This document shows positions 25,257 through 39,100 of a stretch of DNA of 64,000 bases, piece after piece. The notes beneath the pieces are model-generated. The model had not been told where the DNA came from. It searched no databases and saw only the letters and a list, made by a program, of their open reading frames with translations. This stretch comes from Octopus bimaculoides (Eukaryota), in NCBI RefSeq assembly GCF_001194135.2, contig NC_069007.1:22069924-22133923 (forward strand), written 5' to 3'. The position numbers were made by a program, and so were the translations under genes. Position 1 is the first letter of the stretch, and each line of letters opens with the position of its first letter.

Positions 25257-28200
25257 GCGATCCAGGGATCCGAGTGTAGGAAGTTGGTAAGCTCAATCTG
25301 TGAATGGCAGATCTAGAAAACAAAAGGTGAACAGTATTTATGAAACAAATGTAGTGTGCATTTTGCCGTTCCACTCCCCTCAATTTTGATTTTAGATGTG
25401 TATGTATGTATATTGTGTATGCATATGTGTGTGTGTGTCTTTGTGTTGTGTTTGTCCCCTGCCACCGCTTGACAACTGGTGCTGCTTTGTTTACTCCTTT
25501 ATAACTTAGCAGTTCAGCACAAGGGATCAATAGAGTAAGTCCTGGAGTTTCTTTGACTAAAAACCCTTCAAGGTGGTGCCCCAGCATGGCTGCAGTCCAA
25601 TAACTGAAACAAGGACAAGATAACGTGTCTGAATCAAAGTTGTGATGGTCATGAGTGGGATGTCTCTGATCAGAGCTGACCTGGAGCTAAACAACAACAA
25701 CAACAACAACACTATCACCCCAATCATATTTGCTATCATCATCACCATCATCGATGTTAACCACCACCAGCATCTCCATCAGCTTTCTACCACCACCACC
25801 ACCACCACCACTACTACTATTACTCAATTTTCATCCAATCTTTTCACATCGCAGCCATCATCTCTATTCTTCTATCACTTGCCTACCCCTCCTACCACTA
25901 TCTATGTCTCTCTCTCTCTCTCTCTCTCTCTTCTCCTCGTCTCCTCTCTCTTCATCTCTGTCAGCCTCTCTCCATCTTTCACTGTCTGTCTGTCTGTCTC
26001 TATTTTTCTCTCCAGCTCTCCCTCTCCTTCTCTCTCTCTCTGTCTCTGTCTATCTCTCCATCTGTCTCTCTCTCTCCAGCTCTTTTCTCCTCTCTCTTTC
26101 TCCATCTCTCCATCTCTCTCCCCTCCTCTCTCTCTCTTCCCATGTCTCCTCTTTCACTGTCTCTGTCTCTCTCTCCATTTCTTCCCATTTTCTTTCTCTT
26201 CTCCCCTCTCTCTTTATATCTCTCCATTTCTCTATTTCCCTCTCTCCAGCTCTCCTCCCCTCTATTTTTTCCATCTCTCTCTCCTCTCTTCTTCTCTCAT
26301 TTTGTTTCTGTCTGTCTCTCTCTGTCTGTCTCTCTCTCTCTCCCTCCCACCCCACCCCACCCCTCTCTCCCACAGTGACCGTTTTGTTNNNNNNNNNNNN
26401 NNNNNNNNNNNNNNNNNNNNNNNNNNNNNNNNNNNNNNNNNNNNNNNNNNNNNNNNNNNNNNNNNNNNNNNNNNNNNNNNNNNNNNNNNNNNNNNNNNNN
26501 NNNNNNNNNNNNNNNNNNNNNNNNNNNNNNNNNNNNNNNNNNNNNNNNNNNNNNNNNNNNNNNNNNNNNNNNNNNNNNNNNNNNNNNNNNNNNNNNNNNN
26601 NNNNNNNNNNNNNNNNNNNNNNNNNNNNNNNNNNNNNNNNNNNNNNNNNNNNNNNNNNNNNNNNNNNNNNNNNNNNNNNNNNNNNNNNNNNNNNNNNNNN
26701 NNNNNNNNNNNNNNNNNNNNNNNNNNNNNNNNNNNNNNNNNNNNNNNNNNNNNNNNNNNNNNNNNNNNNNNNNNNNNNNNNNNNNNNNNNNNNNNNNNNN
26801 NNNNNNNNNNNNNTGGTGGTGGTGGTGGTGGTGGTGGTGGTGGCAGTGGCGATGATGATGATTACCTGTTAAGTCAGTCAGCACTGTTTCCCCTCCTTGG
26901 GTTGATGTTGTTTTGTTACTTCTATTTAACTATTTTACAGAGTATTTTTTTTTAGCAGTGTGTTAAATCAATTAAATTTGTATGATGATGATGATGATGA
27001 CAACAAAAGTGAAATGAAAATCTATGACATCTAATTAGCTTAATTGTCTATTATCTTCTCTAACTCACTGCTTCCCTCTTTCGTTCCCTCTTTCTCTCTC
27101 TTCTACATATTCTGTCGGACTCTTTTTCTGAACCACTAAGTTATTGGGATGTAAACACACCAACACTGGTTGTCAAGTGGTGGTGGCGGACAAACACACA
27201 CACACACACACACACACACAACGGGCTTCTTTCAGTTTCTGTCTACCAAATCCGTTCACAAGGCTTTGGTCAGCCTGAGGCTATAGTAGAAGACACTTGC
27301 CCAAGGTGTCACACTGTGGGACTGAACCCAGAACCATGTGGTTGGGAAGCAAACTTCTTACCACACAGCCATGAAGTCCTTTCTTAGTAAATTTAAAATT
27401 ATTTCTTTGTGTCTTCTATCATAGCACCAAGCCCGTCATGTGTGTGTGTGTGTGTATGCCTTTGTGTTTGTCCCCTTTAGTGTTCAAATTATTCTGTCAA
27501 ATGTAATGCTTATCCATTCACATTGTTTGGAATTAATGATGGATTATCTCATAGCTTCAAGATTTCAATAATGTGATTATTCATTTTCATAGTGACATTG
27601 TCGGGTATGTGTGAAAGGCTAGATCTGGTTAGTTTGAACAAAAAAAAAACAGATAGAACATCTTGCTGGATATGGCCAGTTTAAATGCTAAAGGGTTAAA
27701 GTATTAGGGGTTGATTTGTTCCAGTAACCACATGAAGCCAGTGCTCCAGCATGGGAGCAGTCTAAAGACTGAAACTGGTAAATGATCTGCTACTACCCAC
27801 TACCCCCAAATCAATAGAATTAGCAGCCTTCATCGATTCAGGGCTATGCCAAAGTACTCTGGGTGATCTAAACTACCAGTAGGTCACATCAGCAATTAAG
27901 CCTTATAGATTTATTGTTTTTCACTAGATTTTGGTACATTTTTAATCCACTTTTAATATTTTCTCTGGTAACATCTGGTGCTGACATTTGGTGCTGCCTG
28001 AGAAACTGGAGACCTCACTAACATTTCCCAATATTCCATTACAAAATAAAGTGGTGAGCTGGCAGAATTGTTACCAAGCCAGACAAAATGCTTGGCAGCT
28101 TTTCATTTATCTTTACATTCAGAGTTCAAATTCCACCAAGGTCGCCTTTCATCCTTTCGGGGTCGATAAAATAAGTACCAGTTGAGTATTTGGATCGATG

Positions 28201-30213
28201 TAATCGACTTATTTTCTCCCCAAAACTTGCTGGCCTTGTGCCAAAATTAGAAACTAATATTTTATTAGAACAGGTACAAAGATACATGCATGCAGACACA
28301 CACCCTAACCCTGACACCACCTAAAAAGCACACAGGTGCTTTTTAGGTGGTGTCAGCATGAAATGAGATTCCTTACTTTTAAATTAAACACCCTGTTCAT
28401 AAATAAATCCACTATTAAATGTTATACACCTGTACATAATGCAATCGCTTGTGCATGCTGCAATTAACTGCACAGTTTTGTTTTTTGTTGCAAATTACTG
28501 CACAATTTCACATAATTACCTCCACACCCCACCCCTCTTGTATATTCCATTCACTAACCATTCTTATATTCTCTCTATTTCTGTTCTGCTTCATTTACAG
28601 CCATCACAGCAGGTGTCCTACACAGGTATGTTGATTACATTGCTGCTTGATATTTTATTTATTAATTTCTTCATTTGTTATTCATCTTCTTGTTGTTGTT
28701 GTTTAACCCCAAGTCAACCTTGATTGGGTAGATTTATGATATTTAATCCCCAAGGTGACCACAGCATCCCAGCTATGATCATTTTTGCTAAATCTTGTTT
28801 ACGTAGCTAAGACTACATTGACTAGTTTGTTCTTTGTTTCTTAAGATGGCAGGGTGTGATTTGAGGGAGATTTGGTTACTATTTCTAGTAAGTCATGTGA
28901 CCATGTAGGGTCTCCCTCATATTTGTTGTATAACCCTAGTCCTCTCGGCTTCGTCACATCTGTGGTGTAAAAACAGCCTAACCCTAACCCTAACCCTAAC
29001 CCTAACCCTAACCAGTTGGATTAATTCTTTGAATTGTTGGCCTTGCATCATGACCTGTGAATGTATTGAACATTCAGCATTGTCAGTATGATTGATTAGA
29101 CATGGAGTATTGATCTTCTATACTGTGTGGCTGTCATCACCCATCAGATCTATATTGCTGTCCAATCAACACACGTTTCAAGCTTTTGCTTGTGTCAACG
29201 TGACAACGACAGCATTTAATCTGCTCCCCCCACCCCCATCTGTGGATCAGCTCTGATACAACAAAACTAGGATCAAAGAGCATTCCAGCTGTGACCATCC
29301 CATCATTTCAGAGGTATTTAGATTAGATTTGGGTCATAATTCCAGATGGCGCTATCCTCAGTGCTATAGTCCTGTAAGATCAGAATCCCTAAAGTTTGTA
29401 ATCCTGACAACTAAAATCCCCCAAAATCAAAATCCTCAAAAATTTAATTCAGAAAAAATTACAAATAAAGTTCTTGACGGTGCGGGCATAGATGTGTGGT
29501 TAAGAAGCTCGCTTTGCAACCACGTGGTCTCAGGTTCATTTCCACTGGGCTGCACTTTGGGTAAGCGTCTTCTTGTACTCTTGCCCTGGGTCAACAAACA
29601 CCTTGTGAAAGAATTTGGTAGATGGAAGCCTGTGTGGAAGGAAGCCTGTAAGATAGGCAAGGCAAATTAAATTTAAATGTTGAAGTGAATCTAAGACAGG
29701 CAAAGCAGATCTGATAGGATTTATGTGACAAATTTGAAGTAATGTATTGTTGTGTAGCAGGAAATTTTTGTGTATGTTGTGACATGTCACGTGGATGTCA
29801 GAGGTTGTTGCCATGGGACACTGAGATGGCATGTTTTTGTAAGAGTGTAGACATGTTGTATACAAGCCCCTGTCCAATCTGCCATAATTAGAGATATAGT
29901 ATGGTAGTATTCAAGGCCTGTTTTGTGGAGTATAGTGTAACATGGTTGGTTGTAAGACATTGGTATGTCTGCTGTAACAACGAAATACAAAATTATCTTA
30001 GAAAGAGGAGAACAGGTTAATTCCAATCACCAACTCCTCCTAGCAGTAAAATCAAGATCTTCCTTTTAATGAAATTTCTTCTTTTTTTTTTCTTTTTTAT
30101 CTTGCAGAAACCATGTGTCAAAGATGTTTGAAAATGACAAGCATTTCTCTCACCTTTCTACATTGGAAAGAGAACTTTCATTCCGTACAGAAATGGTAAG
30201 GACATGTTCTTGT

Positions 30214-30244
<31 letters not shown>

Positions 30245-30847
30245 NNNNNNNNNNNNNNNNNNNNNNNNNNNNNNNNNNNNNNNNNNNNNNNNNNNNNNNN
30301 NNNNNNNNNNNNNNNNNNNNNNNNNNNNNNNNNNNNNNNNNNNNNNNNNNNNNNNNNNNNNNNNNNNNNNNNNNNNNNNNNNNNNNNNNNNNNNNNNNNN
30401 NNNNNNNNNNNNNNNNNNNNNNNNNNNNNNNNNNNNNNNNNNNNNNNNNNNNNNNNNNNNNNNNNNNNNNNNNNNNNNNNNNNNNNNNNNNNNNNNNNNN
30501 NNNNNNNNNNNNNNNNNNNNNNNNNNNNNNNNNNNNNNNNNNNNNNNNNNNNNNNNNNNNNNNNNNNNNNNNNNNNNNNNNNNNNNNNNNNNNNNNNNNN
30601 NNNNNNNNNNNNNNNNNNNNNNNNNNNNNNNNNNNNNNNNNNNNNNNNNNNNNNNNNNNNNNNNNNNNNNNNNNNNNNNNNNNNNNNNNNNNNNNNNNNN
30701 NNNNNNNNNNNNNNNNNNNNNNNNNNNNNNNNNNNNNNNNNNNNNNNNNNNNNNNNNNNNNNNNNNNNNNNNNNNNNNNNNNTATCATTTTCATCGTCGT
30801 CAGCTTCGTTATCGTAGCCATCATCATCATCACCATCCTCATCATGC

Positions 30848-30886
<39 letters not shown>

Positions 30887-33800
30887 TCATTATCGTTTAA
30901 TGTCTGTGTTTCATGTTGCCATGGGCTGGATGGTGTGATAGGGTCTGAGGGGTCCAGGGACTGCACTGTGCTCCAATTTTAGTTGATTACATTGACCCCA
31001 GTGCTCAACTGGTACTTATGTTATTGACCCCAAAAGAATGAAAGGCAAAATGGACTCAGAACGTGAAGATGGACGAAATCCTGCTATGCATTTTGTCCAG
31101 TGTGTTAACTATTCTGCTTGTTCGCCCCCTTATGTCTCCCTAAAATATTGATTTCAAATTTTGGCACAAGGCCAGCAATTTTTCAGGAGGGGATAAGTCA
31201 GTTACCCCAACCCTCAGTGTTCAACTAATACTTCCTTTATCAACTCCGAAAGGATGAAAGGCAAAGTCGACCTCAGCAGCATTTGAACTCAGAAAGTGAA
31301 GGCAGACAAAGGCATTTTGCCCAGCATGCTAATGATTCTGCCAGCTGACTGCCTTATACCTTCCTGAAATATTACTGACTTTGTGTGTTTGCATACACTC
31401 ATACGCACACACCACCACCACCACCATCACCATCATCGTCACCATCATCATAATCATCCAAACATCTGATTAAGCTGGTTCTTTTCTCCGCAGATACTGC
31501 TAGCAGTGGGTTATCGGTCTTATGAGGCTGTCAATGCCTTTTTCCAACGGGAAACCAAGCAATGCTGGAGAGTCAACCGTGGAGAGGGATTGTCTCCTGT
31601 TGATAGCTGTGAAGGTAATGTTGTTGTAGCTGTTCTTGCTGTCTGTGTGTGACAAGGTTCACCAGTGTTGTGTGTGTTTTTAAGAAATTACATTTAGAAA
31701 TAATGTTGCACAAAGCNNNNNNNNNNNNNNNNNNNNNNNNNNNNNNNNNNNNNNNNNNNNNNNNNNNNNNNNNNNNNNNNNNNNNNNNNNNNNNNNNNNN
31801 NNNNNNNNNNNNNNNNNNNNNNNNNNNNNNNNNNNNNNNNNNNNNNNNNNNNNNNNNNNNNNNNNNNNNNNNNNNNNNNNNNNNNNNNNNNNNNNNNNNN
31901 NNNNNNNNNNNNNNNNNNNNNNNNNNNNNNNNNNNNNNNNNNNNNNNNNNNNNNNNNNNNNNNNNNNNNNNNNNNNNNNNNNNNNNNNNNNNNNNNNNNN
32001 NNNNNNNNNNNNNNNNNNNNNNNNATGTATGTGTATCTTTCTGTCTGTGTTTGTCTCACCCACCACCTCTACCACCACTTGACAACCGGTATTGGTGTGT
32101 TTGCATCCCTGTAGCATAGCAGTTCAGCAAAAGAGAACGATAGAATTAGTACCAAGCTTAAAAAAGAAGTACAGGGGTTGATTCATTCAACTAAAATTCA
32201 AGGCCATGCCCCAGCATGGCCACAATCTAATGACTGAAGTATGTAAAAGATAAAAGACACCTAGATGTGGAGAATTTCCATGTGTGTGTGTGTGTGTATG
32301 AACTCTCACTTGAAATGCCTTATCAAATGTGCCTCTCATACACTATTACCACCACTACCACACTATCACCCACACTACTGCCTTTACCATAATACCACCA
32401 CATTGCCACTATCATCACAACATACCTCTACCACTGCTACTACCACCAAGAAACATTACCACTACTACTACACACACTGTCACTACCACACACCACCACC
32501 ACCACCACTACACCGCCCACTTCCCCACTGCCACCCTACCTCCACCCATACTGCAATGGTCTGTAACTCCTACCACACCTCCATCCTAACCAAAAACCCC
32601 AACCAACCCCAAAACTCAATTCCTCTCATGTTTGTATATTTGCCAGGTCTTGGGGAACCGTCTTATTTCTATGTTGAAAGTGTCTTCGCCCTGCATGGAG
32701 TCATGATGTTTGTCTTCTTCCTGTTTGGAGTCTACTTCAGGTAAAAACAGCCTTTCTGCTTTCAGCGGTACAAGCGAGGGAGGACTTGTTAATATTGTTT
32801 GGGGGACACAGGATTCTAATTGTATGCGTGTAGAGAGTGGTCAGACTATTTCAGCAGCTGTTGTTTAATCAGAGATCAGCTCTAATGGAACGCCCACCTT
32901 ATTTATAGAGCCAAAGCTGTAACCTCCATGAACTCCATGGCAGTGTTGCCCCACATGTCTGTTGAAATCACCAACCACAATAATCAAGTCTATATTATTT
33001 CATGTGTGACCATCCTGTCCTTTTTTGATATTATGGACCACATTGTCTAATATGTGTTTTTCTTAAGTTAGGAGGACGGGCTTTTTATTTAGTGTAAGAA
33101 TTGCTGCTGTTGGTAGTGGTGGTGGTGATGGTGGTGTGCAGCCCCAGTTTACTCCTGGTTGAATATCCCTATAGTGCACCAGTTGTTGACCAAACAACCA
33201 GATCTAATACACAGACCCTAATGCACCTGGGATGCCATACCTTTGACTGATTGAAGGTAATACAGCACCTTCTGGGATGCAAAACTGCAGTTTGGATATA
33301 TTTTATTCTCATGACCTGGTGCAGGCTGTAAGGTAAGAAGTTTGCTTCCTAGCCACATGGTTTTGAGTTCAATCCCACTGTGTGGCACTTTGGGCAAATA
33401 TCTTCTACTATAACTTGTTACAACTTTAGTACAATTATAGCATAATTTTAATTAATCTAATTGTAGTATAATTTTAGTACCATTTTAGTATAATTTTAAT
33501 ATAATTTTAGTAGGATAATCTAATTTCTGTCTTTCTTCTCCAGTGACAGTATTTTTGGTGGAATTCTTGCCGTAACAGCTTTCTTTTGTAATCATGGAGA
33601 GGTTGGTTTGATTTTATTATTTTTTTCTATATTTATTAAATATTTTATTTTCTCCAAATAATTTGTTTTGCTCAAGAATACAACGCATTGCCTGGTCCAG
33701 GAATCAGAACCACAATCTTACAATCATTGATCTCCTTTGTTGACCCACCAAGTTACAGGGATGTAAACAAACCAACACAGTTGTGAAGTAGTTGGGAGCG

Positions 33801-36100
33801 GGGCACAAACACAAATGCAAAGACACACACATAGACATACACAAACAATGGGCTTCCTCACAGTTTCTATCTATCGAACTCATTCATAAGACCTTTGTAG
33901 GCCACATATGATAAGTGGAAGACACTTTGATATTTTCCCAACATGCCAAAGGCAATCCAATCCAATCCAGTGCTGTATGGCAGACACCAAATTGCTTTTT
34001 ATGTTGATAATTACAGTGCAGACGTGGGTTTATAGCCTATTTCTTAACATTGATTCATTGGGTTGTCTTAACTCATTCGTTTCTCTCATTGCAGTGCACA
34101 CGTGTCCACTGGACTCCTCCTCTGCGTGAGAGCTTTGCCTTCCCATTCTTCATCATGGAAATGTTTATAGTCACGCATGTCTTACGGTGAGTCATCATTC
34201 AACAGTGTTTTATAATTCATGTCTTGCAGAGAAATCATGCTGTGCATGTGTCAGGAATCGAATTAAAATGTCTTCATGTTTTAGCAAAGATTGAGTAGAT
34301 CTGGAAAGATTTACACTTGTGTACGAATTACTGGAAAATGAACCCATGTGTAATCGTTCAGTTTCTTGCTGGGGATATGTTAGATATGGAACTGTAGGTA
34401 TGGAGATCAAACCTAATCTCTTGCTGGTCTGCCTTTGTGCTGTGGGACTCTTTCTTCAGAGCTGACCTCCATATTTTGATGGAGCTCGATATTGAATCGC
34501 CTCTGTTAGCTTTGAGTGTGCAGAGTGTACAATAGGTATAACTGCTATACTCTAAGGTTCTGACCAGGTACACTATGCCAGTAGTATAACCACTGTAATA
34601 TCAGAGGTACCTCAGTCAATTCTGACTGGGTACACTATGCCAGAAATGTAACCATTGTAATATCAGAAGTACTTCAGTTAATTCTGACTGGGTACGCTAT
34701 GCCAGAAATATAACTACTATAATATCAGAGGTACCTCAGTCCATTCTGACTGGGTACACTATGCTAGAAATGTAACCATTGTAATATCAGAGGTCAACTG
34801 TTTACTATTTCTGTGACTGCCCACTCCCCTTGGTGCTCTAAGCACATGATTATTTTACTTAATGGTTAATCCAGCGCTGTATGTAAACCACCTACATAAA
34901 CTTTGTGCCAAGAAAAACACACATGGTTTTCTGTTAACTTCCAGCAATTTTATAGTTTTCCAAATAATTGTGGAGTGTCCATGAGTATTGCTAGTATATT
35001 GAATCTTTCTAAATTTCAGAACAAATCGACCTATGTGGCGCCACAGTCTTCTTGTTGCCATAGCAGCTACATTGTTCATGATCCCATGGCAGGTAGGCAT
35101 CAGTTGAAACATGTCTTTAGGTAGTAAGTTACTCACTTGAGGATTGTAGAAGATCCAACCAAGTACTTTGATTGAATAGTAGTCAATGTAGTAGTTGTTA
35201 AAAAAAGAGAACGAGAACCATATTGAAGTAACCATAATAAGCTGCCAACCCACTGCTGGTCTTCCATGAAAACAACCTTGCCCAGACTTGTACCCTGGAG
35301 GGGAACTTTCTAGGTGCAATCCCATGGTCATTTGTGACCAAAGGAGTTCTTTACCCTTTATGTTCAAATAAGCCAGATTCAACCTGTCACACCTGTCCTA
35401 CAATGTCATTCCAAAAATAAATAATCACATCATTGAAATCTCAAAGCTATGAGATAATCCAGGATTAATTCAAAACAATGTGAATTAATAAGCAATGGAT
35501 TTGACAGAATAATCTGAATGCTAAAAGGGTGAAGTGAGAATTAATATTAATCCAGAGATTTCACTAAACTCTAACAAATTGTTTGTTCTTTCTATGATTT
35601 TCTTTTTTTTGTTTTGTCTCTCCTTGCAGTTTGCTCAGTTTGCTCTGATGACCCAAACAATGTCAGTTTTTGCTACTTATATGTTAAACTTCATTGGATC
35701 TCGGAAACTTAAATTCATTGTGTTTGGCCAGTTGGTAAATATTCATTTCTGCTGTTTCATTAGAATTGGAAAGAATCATTCTTTAACTCCTTTGTTTATC
35801 ATATCTGTGATGAGATATTCAGCTTTTGTTTCAATTAATTTCAAAATTTATGAAGAATTGTCATTATTAATTTGGTGTTTAGTAAACATAGAATTTTTGA
35901 TGGAAACTTTTAATTTTAGACCCCTTTAAACCTTTTGAAAATTATGAAGAATTTAGTGAAATAACTCTCTCATAATTAAGTTGGTGTTGCAAACATAAAT
36001 TAACATGGAATTAACATAAATTAACATGGAAACTTTTAGTTTAGATCACTTGAAGCCTTTTATTGGCATATTTCTGTTGAAATATACTGCCTTCTTATTA

Positions 36101-36134
<34 letters not shown>

Positions 36135-39100
36135 CTCTTCAGTTAGGTTGGTTGATCAGTTGGACTCTGTTGTTCATGAATGAAATGTTACTCACATCCT
36201 TCTACTTCTCCTGTCTAATTACAGTGTTGGTAAGTAAATATCTCTCGATTGGCTTCAATCGTTTATCTCAGTTAAAGGTTTAATGGGACCACTTCAGGGA
36301 TGTTTATCTATGTCACGTCGCTGACAAAGATCAGCTTGCAAAGAAAAACGCTTGGATTACTTAAGGACAATCTAGCTGTTATCAACAAAGATTAAATCCA
36401 TTATCTGTTTGGTTTCAAACTCCAGCTCTGGACTTGTATTTCGTTATCTGAGATGAAGTGGTTCTTGGCTTCAGTTTTATGTACCAAGTAACACATGGGA
36501 TAGATCAGCAATCTGGTATTGGTAACTTGATCAAGGAGGTCTGCCTCAGAAGGGGCTAGGTCTTGAGCCGTTGGACGGTATTTACATGTCTTTAAATTGT
36601 AATGTTCCATAATAGTGGGAGATAGTGTAGTATCAAAGAATAAGGCTTTCCATCTCATCCATCCCACATTGGTTGTAAACGGATGGCTAAGTTCCTGTTG
36701 GCGAATTGGAAACTACCACCCTCTCCAAATTGAGCAGCTCTACCACAGATTCTAGGCCACTAGAAAAGAAAGAGTGGGAGAAAGTTGTGGTGAAAGAGTA
36801 CAGCAGGGTTCGCCACCATCCCCTGCCGGAGCCTCGTGGAGCATTAGGTGTTTTCGCTTAATAAACACTCACAACGCCCGGCCTGGGAATCGAAACTGCG
36901 ACCCTATGACCGCGAGTCCACTGCACTAACCACTGGGCCATTGTGCCCCCCCCACACACACACACATCAGTGGCATAGCTAATAGAGGAGGTAGGGAAAC
37001 AACTGCTCCCCCTGAGCACATTTTTCAAAATTGGTGCCTTTTCAATAATTTCTTTTTAACCCTTTAGTTATTGGTATCAATAGTTTTAAGTTTCGTACAA
37101 TAATGAAACATGAAATTAATGACTGTAGAATGCAATTATGTATATTATAACAAATAGAATAAAATTGCTTGGTAGGTGTCACACTATCCTTTCTTTATGT
37201 GCTCCCCTCCCTCTAACTTTAGAACCTCATATATATGTGTGTGAGTGTGTCTTGTGCTATTCTTTATAGCATTTCTTTTTCTTCTTTTTAGGTGATTATG
37301 TTTCTGGAACCATTACTTGTGAAATTACGGCTCCGGATCTTAATTATGGTAAGAGAGTTTAATTGGTTATAAATTTATAGACTTGTCAGGATGTTTCCAT
37401 TCTGTTAACTTAAGTTCTTATGACTTTTGGCTAGTGTTTAATAAACTAACATAAACTGAGAAAAGATTATTATTGTTGTTGAGTGAGAGAGCAGTGCATG
37501 TCATCAAAGTGACACTGGGGTACAGATATACGAAGCCCAGTATACCCATCACGACTACCCGTCTGATAAGGGTACACCAGGCACATGCCTCACAACCATG
37601 TGTGCGAGACATGGTGATCTCATATCAAGATAAACAGTGCATGACCTCGCAGGTGGGGCCCAGTTAGAATTTCCTTCGGGTCGAGGAGCCCATCCTGCTC
37701 AAAAGGTCCCTGAATAAGGGTTGTTTAAGGATGTTGAACAAAACACCCATGTTTCCAGAAGTGAATTATCCAAATCCGAAAGAATTCCTCATTTGTACAA
37801 GTTGGCTCCAAGTCTCACCCAGAGACCTCAGGAGACAACAAGTTCGAAGTTCATGTTGGTGTTATGCCTAGGATGTCATATATTTGGTTTTGCACACAGA
37901 ATTGTTCCAGAGACTGTTTGAGAAAACAAGAAAATGATGAGTTTGTTTTAAAATTTAGGATTACATCGACAGTATTTTACGTCGGATATGGGCAGTTCCG
38001 ATGAGCACTATCTTTGGATATTATTATTAAGGCGGTGAGCTGGTGAGGTTTTAGCATACCAGGCAAGATGCTGAGCAAGAGGCATCCGTGTCTACCGAGG
38101 TCAACTTTGTCTTTCATGATGATGATGATGATGATGTTATTGTACTCGTGGTTTTCTTCTTCTCTTTCAAGTTTACCCAGGGTTGTCTCCTCTTGACAGG
38201 AACCGTTGGATTCAAGATTCTGATTGGAAAAGTTTTAAAAATAGCTGACGATGTAAGTCGTTTCGCTTAATCTACTCTTTTCTCTTTCTTTTCTCAGATT
38301 CTCACTGCTTATCTCTCTCTCCCCCCTATTCCCTTCTCTCTCTCTTTCTCTTCCTCTCTCTCTCCCCATGCTTTTCCCCTCTCACTTCCTCTCTTATACT
38401 CTCTCTACCTCTCTATCTCTTCCTGTCTTTCTCTTCCTCTCTTTCTCTTCCTCTCTCTCACATCCTTTCCTCTTCCTCTCTCTGTCTCTTTTCATCTTTC
38501 TCCTCCTTTCTTTCTCTCTCTCCTTCTCTCCCCTCTCTCTCTCCAACTATACAACATTATCAGCTTATTAGCAGTGACATCACTAAATCTATAACAATAG
38601 CCACACCATATCTCTTCATCACAAAGGTTCAGCAAGCAAGCATCCTTATCAAATCAAACACTTCTCCCAAATCAGTCACCAAAAACCACAACACAACCTA
38701 ACCAAAGGCACCGAACACCTTATATACACTCACCTTCCCAGGAACCATCTGCACGACTCTTTCCTTCTGTCACATACAAGTAAACGAAAAGGAAAATGTA
38801 TCAACTCAAAAAGTCCAACGAAATCACTCGTCTACATCTAAAAGATCCAAAGACTGAAGGAATTCACTTAGATATATATTTACCTGTGCATATCACTTGC
38901 CAACAAGATAGCTACTTTGTGAACTTGCAAGAAATAACAGCTAAAGCTCCTTCAAATCACACTTTTTCATGCTAGAAAGTGGACACATTGGATAATGTAA
39001 TACCTAGATCAGAAGAGGGCCACATGAGACTTGGCATTATCAGGTGGGTGCACTACTAAAATCAAATTCAAGGTAATTTTTCATTAGGTGTGACATGCAG

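Noticed and set aside
34558-34793. Regularly spaced repeats suggesting a CRISPR-like array
   Set aside because: The units are contiguous with no unique spacers, and the context is eukaryotic intron; a minisatellite.
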